From IMG/VR virus record IMGVR_UViG_3300014204_000112, positions 64,001 through 128,000 of that record: a DNA stretch of 64,000 nt; one strand, given 5' to 3'. Both the position numbers and the translations under genes were made by a program. Of this stretch, positions 58,012 to 64,000 are shown piece after piece (position 1 is the first letter of the stretch; each line of letters opens with the position of its first letter). Under the pieces are notes generated by a model, which ran no database searches, was not told the origin of the DNA, and was given only the letters and a program-made list of their open reading frames with translations. Source of the DNA: a virus. Its lineage: Duplodnaviria > Caudoviricetes.

Positions 58012-58491
58012 TTAGGTGTGGTCTAGGTGAAATTTTACTGCATCGAGCATTGCGTCTAATGAATCGTGAACGTACTCGCCATTGTCCAACGATGTTTGTA
58101 TCTTAACGTCCATATTACGAGGATAATTTGGGTCAGTTCCAACGAATATCCTGCGTTCTGACCAAGTTTTTCTTTTTTCTCCAAGTCTACCCCATCTTCC
58201 ATATTCAAATAGAGTGATGGGATTAGTGGATCCTTCTGCGAACCAAAACATAATGATGCCAGCTAATGCAAGGTGATGATGCTCCCAAGTTATCTGTTCC
58301 ATCGTGAGTTTTGGCTCATTGATGTCGAAGTACGGTCTCCTTGGGCTCATGATGATAAGCTGTGGAACCTCTATCACCTTTTTTATTGCTATTGCTTGCC
58401 AATCCGGACAATTGCTTATCCCACCAGCAAGAAACAGAGTTCTTTTCGATCTGTCCTTTAAGTAATCCGGTGCTATGAGTATTTCTGCCAT
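58012..58491 (-). CDS. Nucleoside 2-deoxyribosyltransferase-like protein
   Basis: FLAGGIS.CPDWQ, PRR, QITWE and PITLFEYG. Confidence 0.85.
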   Translation of the reverse strand: MAEILIAPDYLKDRSKRTLFLAGGISNCPDWQAIAIKKVIEVPQLIIMSPRRPYFDINEPKLTMEQITWEHHHLALAGIIMFWFAEGSTNPITLFEYGRWGRLGEKRKTWSERRIFVGTDPNYPRNMDVKIQTSLDNGEYVHDSLDAMLDAVKFHLDHT

Positions 58492-58492
58492 G

Positions 58493-58963
58493 TTAGTAGT
58501 ATGCGACTATATCCGTGGATCCAAAATGAACCCGAGCTTTTACGTTTATTTTTGCATCCTCTGGATGTGAATCCCAGTAATGATACGAGTACTCTCTGTT
58601 TTGATACTTGACGATTGCGTCTCTGCTATGTTCGCCAGTCTCGAAATTGGTCAAGTGAGCGAACACTCTTTCCATCAATGGCAACGCGAAACCTGGTTGA
58701 TCGTGTTGAGCAGCAATTCGTTCTTCACGCACAGCTTTTTCGTGGTCCAATAATTCTTTTAACGTTACTTCCGTTGTAGGAAGCCACTTGATCTCCGTTT
58801 TCTTTTCAATCGGAGCTAAAGCTTCGATTATTGCTTTTTTGCATTCGGGGCAGTACTCTTTATCCTGATATTCTTTCGGAATGCCTATTGCGTTATAACT
58901 GCCAGACCATTGGAACACGTACTGTGCTCCGCAATTTACACAATAATGAATTGCAATTCTCAT
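58493..58963 (-). CDS. Hypothetical zinc-binding protein
   Basis: CVNC...YCPEC. Confidence 0.65.
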   Translation of the reverse strand: MRIAIHYCVNCGAQYVFQWSGSYNAIGIPKEYQDKEYCPECKKAIIEALAPIEKKTEIKWLPTTEVTLKELLDHEKAVREERIAAQHDQPGFALPLMERVFAHLTNFETGEHSRDAIVKYQNREYSYHYWDSHPEDAKINVKARVHFGSTDIVAYY

Positions 58964-59007
58964 GCTTCACGTATTTTGAAGTTATTATACCAAAAGTGAG
59001 ATGAAAG

Positions 59008-59568
59008 TTAACGGATGTTCTCCATATCCTCGAACTTGGACAGAATGACATCGACATCGTCCTTCAATCCTGGAGAAACATCGACCATTTTGCTACCTAA
59101 ACTAACTGCACCGTGCCAAATGACGTCGAACTCTTTCGTTCGAGCTACACTAGGATCCTGTTTTTGAAGGTTGATGATGTCAACCAGTACAGTTTGTAAC
59201 AGCTCTTCAGCTGCACGCAAATTGATGGCTTTAGGATCTTCTTCCAAGAATCCGAGATATTCTGTCATCTTTTCTGCCATTTCTTGAAGTTCAGGATGGG
59301 CATCGACAGATGGAGTCGTGCTCTGCGGAGCGCTCGATTTCTTTAATGAGAATTTTGGAACCTTTACTATTACTCCTTCCGATCCGGTCAATTGAATTTT
59401 TGCGAAATCACCGTTAAGTTCTACGACTTGACCTTTTCCCCTGTAAGATTCAACGTAATCACCTTCTTCTATTTCTGGATTATCTGCGTTCTTTGCAAAT
59501 TCGGCTTCTGGATTTTCCATGAATTGATTTACGTCGAATTCTTCGAAAATCATCGTGTGTTTGCGCAT
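59008..59568 (-). CDS. Hypothetical protein
   Basis: N-terminal KHTMIFEEF; TATAAATA at 59588-59595. Confidence 0.7.
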   Translation of the reverse strand: MRKHTMIFEEFDVNQFMENPEAEFAKNADNPEIEEGDYVESYRGKGQVVELNGDFAKIQLTGSEGVIVKVPKFSLKKSSAPQSTTPSVDAHPELQEMAEKMTEYLGFLEEDPKAINLRAAEELLQTVLVDIINLQKQDPSVARTKEFDVIWHGAVSLGSKMVDVSPGLKDDVDVILSKFEDMENIR

Positions 59569-59586
59569 GATGATGGAGTATTTTGA

Positions 59587-59721
59587 TTATTTATACTCCA
59601 CCTTCACTCTGGACCTGAATTCTATTGGAAATTGATCTCCTGCTGCTTGGAATAGGTCGGCGAAGCATCCATCGACTAAATAAGTTACAGCCCAATCGTC
59701 CGGAGTCCTTACTGACCACAT
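59587..59721 (-). pseudogene. Displaced original 3' end of the DinG-like helicase
   Basis: SVRTPDDWAVTYLVDGCFADLF...* duplicates SIRHKDDWAVTYLVDGCFSDLF in the helicase. Confidence 0.85.
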
Positions 59722-59725
59722 AATC

Positions 59726-60493
59726 TCAATGTTCTAAATATTTCCAATTGCTAAATTTTGAACTTAATAATCTATATCTAATTGTCGTTACGGCTAACAT
59801 CAGTTGGTTAGAGGCATCGTGCAAACTTTCATAGATGATTTCGTCTATTTGAATTCTTTTTTTATTTGGTCCCGGCCGATTTTTGCTAGCTTTTCCAATA
59901 TTGCATTTATGTTCTTCAGTAAATGGTTTTTTAGACTTTCCCTTAAGCCTATCGGAAATTGTCTTCCTGCCAATTTCGCTCTTACTGTATTCTATCAGTT
60001 TTTTAGTAGCTATAGACCTACCGTTGCGTTCTTTTTCGGTATACCCATCAGTCTGCCATCTTTCACTTTTAGTTTTTGCTGCCTTTTTGCCACTTAGCAA
60101 TCTGCGTGATTTATCAATTCGAAAATTAATATCTCTCATGAGTTGACAAAATTCAGGTGATCGTTTTTTGCCAGTATTTGAGAGTTTTCGTTTTTCAATT
60201 ATTTGCATTCGATTTGGATGATTAGTTAATGTATCACCGCCTGTTCCACCACTTGCTATATTATAACCATTTACTTGAGAATTTAAGTTTTTAATCCAAA
60301 ATTTTTCTCTTTCACATAGGCTCTTTTTATTATTACATGTTTCTAAGACTTCCTTTTTAAAATTTTCCAATCCGTATTTTTTAATAGCTAATTTTATAAT
60401 CTTACCAGAACCGAAATAATTCGCTCTATCTTTTTCATCCTTACCTATGTAAAATTTTCCAGTTATTAAATTCGTAATTTTATAGATTTGCAT
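59726..60493 (-). mobile_element. Free-standing GIY-YIG homing endonuclease (Seg-like, NUMOD3)
   Basis: IYKITN...FYIG, YFGSG, E..WI and GYNI..GG; AT-rich. Confidence 0.9.
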
Positions 60494-60524
60494 GTGAGTT
60501 TGTTTTTATTTATATAACTCACAT
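60492..60524 (-). promoter_or_regulatory. 9-bp hairpin enclosing TATAAATA and overlapping the start codon of the GIY-YIG gene
   Basis: atgtgagtt-a-TATAAATA-aaaaca-aactcacATG. Confidence 0.8.
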
Positions 60525-60531
60525 AATGGTT

Positions 60532-62274
60532 TTACTTACGTACCATAGTTAATCTATTTTTAATTAAATCATCGTTGTGCAAGTCAGACTCACGAAATAA
60601 ATCCGAAAAGCAACCGTCGACCAAGTAAGTGACAGCCCAATCATCTTTATGTCTAATACTACGACCTAGTCCCTGCAGTACGGAAATTTGTGTCTTCCAG
60701 GTGTACCACTTTTGCGAGAACTTGAGCTTTGCAGCTACATACTTGTCACCGAGATGGGGGTACGGAACTTTCATGAACACCTGGAAGCGAGAAAGTTCGT
60801 CGATTAGGTTCAAACCTTCGAGCAAGGAAGGACCCATGAGGACCAGTCCCTGTTTCTTCTTCATTTTCTTCAGCATCGTGTCCTTCTCTTCCGATCCTTT
60901 GTACAGCAGGACCCTCTTGCTCACATTTTTGGGTAAAGCCTTCCACAATTTCTGGCCAAGCTCATAAGAACCAGTGTGAATTATTCCGGAATCCTCTGGG
61001 TGTGAGTTAAGTATGTTCACGAGGGTGTTTACTCCCCATTCGAAGTTATCCTCTAGGAATCTGGCAGACATTTTCTTGCCTGGATAGTAAATGATTGGCG
61101 AATTCTCCCAATTGAAATGAGAATCCATCTTGAAGTACTTAGCATTCTTTATTCCGTGATTGCGCATGAAGTCTGCTGGATTGCCCATCGTTGCAGTCAT
61201 TAACAACTTGAAACCGAATTGATTGAAGAAGTGTTTTCCCAAGAGGTAGTACTCATCGATGCAGTTAAAAACTATGCTCGTATCGTTCGGGTTTTTCACC
61301 ATCTTCTCGACTCCGACCTTGTCAATGATCTCGCAGTAATCTTCGAGCTTGCAGTGAACGTCCTTGCACCAGTCAGTGAGATTGAACACGACAAGCCAAT
61401 CCTTAGGCACGTCTCGTCCTTCGAATTCCCTTCCTGCTACTTCGCGAATGTCTGCGGTTGCTCCGACTACTCTCTCGTAAATCTTAGTGATTTCTTTCAG
61501 TTTTTCTAGCAGAACTCGGTTATCTTCTTCAGCGTACACATCATCGACTAAAGCTGTGAGCCTTTCGATGTCAATTCGTGGAAGTCTCAAGCCGATGTCG
61601 AACATGTCGCTTATCAGCTTCTCAACTTTCTTGTAGACTTCTCTTGAAACTATTGGGCTGAAATGACTTTGGGCGATGTCGAGTATCTTGTGAGCTTCAT
61701 CGCATACGACGAAGTCCCTCTTTGCAAATGGTGGCTGCTTGCCGTTCTCTACTTGTTTCTTGTCAACGTAATTCCTTTGAATGAGAGCGTACGGATAGGT
61801 CAGTAAAGCGAGAGGAGATCTGATTGCTTTTCTTCTTGCCATCAAGTAACCGCAGTGCTTGAAACAGGTCAAGGATTCGGCAGCATCGTAGGAAATTCCC
61901 TTGCTCTTGCAGTCTCCAACTGAGAACTTCTCGCCGTTGACCGCACAGTTGTAATTGTCAACGCCCTTTATGTTTCCCCAGTTCCATAACTGCATTTTCT
62001 TGAAGTCATTGACGTACTGCTGGTGGAGAACTAAATCTGACGCTAGAATGTAACCTCGTTTACTGTGATTTGTTAACACGCCTGCGACTATCATAGCGAT
62101 CCAACTTTTTCCACTCCCAGTAGGAGCATCCAATAAATAAATTCCATTTGGATTTTCAAAATAAGATTGAAGTATATCAATGATAATTTCCATTTGTTGT
62201 GGTCTAAATTTAAAATTAGAACCTAACTGCGTTTCTGTGAATTTCAATATTTCCTTTTCGAAATCAATTTCCAT
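60532..62274 (-). CDS. DinG/XPD-like SF2 helicase
   Basis: RPQQ, APTGSGKS, Cys cluster, DEAH, MTAT, EGLNL, KVPYP and QGLGRSIR..DD.AVTY. Confidence 0.9.
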   Translation of the reverse strand: MEIDFEKEILKFTETQLGSNFKFRPQQMEIIIDILQSYFENPNGIYLLDAPTGSGKSWIAMIVAGVLTNHSKRGYILASDLVLHQQYVNDFKKMQLWNWGNIKGVDNYNCAVNGEKFSVGDCKSKGISYDAAESLTCFKHCGYLMARRKAIRSPLALLTYPYALIQRNYVDKKQVENGKQPPFAKRDFVVCDEAHKILDIAQSHFSPIVSREVYKKVEKLISDMFDIGLRLPRIDIERLTALVDDVYAEEDNRVLLEKLKEITKIYERVVGATADIREVAGREFEGRDVPKDWLVVFNLTDWCKDVHCKLEDYCEIIDKVGVEKMVKNPNDTSIVFNCIDEYYLLGKHFFNQFGFKLLMTATMGNPADFMRNHGIKNAKYFKMDSHFNWENSPIIYYPGKKMSARFLEDNFEWGVNTLVNILNSHPEDSGIIHTGSYELGQKLWKALPKNVSKRVLLYKGSEEKDTMLKKMKKKQGLVLMGPSLLEGLNLIDELSRFQVFMKVPYPHLGDKYVAAKLKFSQKWYTWKTQISVLQGLGRSIRHKDDWAVTYLVDGCFSDLFRESDLHNDDLIKNRLTMVRK

Positions 62275-63202
62275 AGCTTAAAAACTTTAAACATTTTTCA
62301 ATACACATCGAAGGTTCTTTTAAATAATCGCTCTCCCAAATCGTTAATATCTTATACCCCAATCTATTAGCAACTCGACGCTTTATTATGTCTTTTTTCC
62401 AAAGATCATTAGCCGACAATCCATTACGAACTATCGTATTTTTTGAAAATTTCTTCGGATTGGCGTGCCAGTAATCTCCATTATACTCTATTATTTTTTT
62501 ATGTTCTATATCGCATAAATCAAAATAGTAATACTGTACGCCATCAAATATCTTCAATTGGTTTTTTCCGAACAACAGAGGCTTTCCTAGTTTTTCTTGT
62601 AAAGTTTCAGCCAATTGCAATTCTGAAGAAGACGTTACTTTCCAAACTTTTGTTTTTGGAGATTTAGAAAATTTTCCAGCACGGTACTGGGTTTCCATTT
62701 TTGTGCTCCAACTCGCATTAGTTTTCTCATATCGTTCCGTTCCAACTTTTTCCCCGTATTTTTCAATGTATTTTCGTTTAAGACGAGTACTTTGCCTTTC
62801 TTTTAAGGCTGAGATTGCATCTGTTTCAGAATATCCCTTGTCCAAGAAATACTGGATAGTTGTATTAGATTTGTGATTTTTTACTTTTTTCTCTTGTACT
62901 ACTTGAAATTCTCTAACCTTATTAATGGCTTCGATATTAGAATAACCTCTAGCTTTCCAAAATTCAACGGTCACTGGAAATTTTATTAGATTTCCACACA
63001 ATTTAGAGCACGTTTTATGAGGATACCCGAATCTAACGAATGGCGTTTCGTTTCCACACACAACGCATATTCCTTCGTTAGGAATTTTCAAATATTCATC
63101 GTAATACTCCTTAGTGGTTATTTTGTGTGTGTATTTAATGTGTTTTGATAAACCGTTGACGGTTGTAAAATTCCTATTGCATAATTTACATGAAGTTTCC
63201 AT
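62264..63202 (-). mobile_element. Free-standing homing endonuclease (Vsr-like/EDxHD-type) with zinc fingers
   Basis: C2H2 finger, CVVCG..TCS..C, FWxxRGYS repeats, IIEYNGDYWH.NP and IWESD; AT-rich. Confidence 0.85.
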
Positions 63203-63297
63203 GCTTCTTTATTTTTTATCTATACAACAGGTTAAGGAAAAAATTTCCACTTCCAGTAAATGCATTTAGAAATTTACACAAGTGATTCGAAGAAAGG

Positions 63298-63642
63298 TTA
63301 CAAGGGTCCCAATGAATTGGTGGGAAATTCGTAGCATGGAGTTTCTTTTTCCACCAACGTGCAGGCAGTTCCGGTAGGGCTTATGACGCCGTGGCAGTAA
63401 CCGTAGTACTCATAAACTATTTGACCTGCAAAGAAATCACGTGGAAGCCATGGACATTCTTCTTTGGTCACATCCCGAATAAGCAGGCGGGCGGATTCAA
63501 GGGTGGATGATGTATCTGATTCCTTGGATAGTTCCTTTATCTGGGCTGATAGTTCGTCAGACATATCGTGTGCCGGCGGGTTTCCATTTACTGATGGCCA
63601 AGGGTACGTAGGCTTCATCGTTGGGTTGTTTGGATCGTTCAT
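63298..63642 (-). CDS. Hypothetical protein
   Basis: 114 aa; ATAAATA upstream. Confidence 0.55.
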   Translation of the reverse strand: MNDPNNPTMKPTYPWPSVNGNPPAHDMSDELSAQIKELSKESDTSSTLESARLLIRDVTKEECPWLPRDFFAGQIVYEYYGYCHGVISPTGTACTLVEKETPCYEFPTNSLGPL

Positions 63643-63662
63643 GGTGTTATTTATTTGGGTTG

Positions 63663-63742
63663 TGCCCAGAACAGGAATCGAACCTGCACTCTTTCGAACT
63701 GGTTCCTAAAACCAGCGTGTCTACCAATTTCACCATCTGGGC
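63663..63742 (-). tRNA. tRNA-Leu (anticodon TAG), CCA not encoded
   Basis: Acceptor stem GCCCAGA/TCTGGGC, D loop TGGTAGAC, anticodon arm CTGGT-TTTAGGA-ACCAG, long variable arm and TTCGATT. Confidence 0.93.
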
Positions 63743-63773
63743 AAAAAACAAGCGGAGATTGCTCTCCACTTGT
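63743..63773 (-). terminator. Intrinsic terminator-like hairpin directly upstream of the tRNA
   Basis: acaagtggaga-gcaa-tctccgcttgttttttt. Confidence 0.65.
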
Positions 63774-63792
63774 CTGTAGTTCCAGTTAAGGA

Positions 63793-63999
63793 TTAAACAA
63801 GTTCGGCTTTTTCGGTCATCTCGAACGTGAAGTCTAGAGGAGTACCGTCAAGCACCAGGCTGAGAGTGTTTTCGTCGAACGATTTGAATTCGGTGAACCA
63901 CTTTTTGGAAAGGATCAGCGAGAACTTGATCTTTGCGATTTCCTTCAGAACATTGCGGCGTGCTTTGTTCAAGTCGTCGGATTTCTTTGTGATGTAGTT
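63793..63999 (-). CDS. C-terminal fragment of a hypothetical protein, truncated by the window edge
   Basis: Open frame ..KEIAKIKFSLILSKKWFTEF..AELV*. Confidence 0.6.
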   Translation of the reverse strand, partial: NYITKKSDDLNKARRNVLKEIAKIKFSLILSKKWFTEFKSFDENTLSLVLDGTPLDFTFEMTEKAELV

Positions 64000-64000
64000 C

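Noticed and set aside
59587-60670. Group I intron in the helicase
   Set aside because: There is no room for an intron core, the upstream part already ends with a complete duplicated tail and stop, and only a few nt separate the endonuclease stop from the orphan tail
1-64000. Stop-codon reassignment, as in some large Bacteroidota phages
   Set aside because: Core genes are full length in the standard code and TAA, TAG and TGA all terminate genes; the tRNA with anticodon TAG is an ordinary Leu tRNA, not an amber suppressor (which would be CTA)
1-64000. Diversity-generating retroelement, IS transposase or integrase
   Set aside because: No reverse transcriptase, DDE transposase or tyrosine/serine recombinase motifs, and no adenine-variable repeat pair was seen

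Overview
This is a 64-kb segment of a large T4-like (jumbo-type) myophage genome in the standard genetic code, probably infecting a Bacteroidota host (inferred from A-rich leaders without Shine-Dalgarno sites and the style of its attC-like repeats). It carries head, neck, tail and baseplate genes (gp19, gp23, a gp21-scaffold fusion, gp20, gp13, gp25, gp5, gp53, gp4). Replication and recombination genes include gp46, UvsY, UvsW, the C-terminal half of a split family B polymerase, primase and a DinG-like helicase. Also present are nucleotide enzymes (a dCMP-type thymidylate synthase homologue, dCMP deaminase), chaperones (DnaJ, a Clp ATPase lacking its N-domain), four free-standing homing endonucleases, a tRNA-Leu and many small accessory genes. 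The most notable observations are: (1) a two-cassette integron-like array with attC-type hairpins and cassette-specific matching core sites, with no integrase in the window (48.5-49.25 kb); (2) a three-way-junction RNA leader whose 5' end is complementary to a hairpin loop in the 3' UTR of the same gene about 1 kb away (56.1-57.2 kb); (3) a glycosyltransferase/VioB/FabH/SDR acyl-sugar operon inside the structural region; (4) a helicase whose 3' end, and probably its 5' end, was replaced by flanking homing endonuclease elements; (5) a capsid-targeting-like FxxF..E motif shared by about 14 proteins, including enzymes. All family assignments come from motif recognition; no database search was run.
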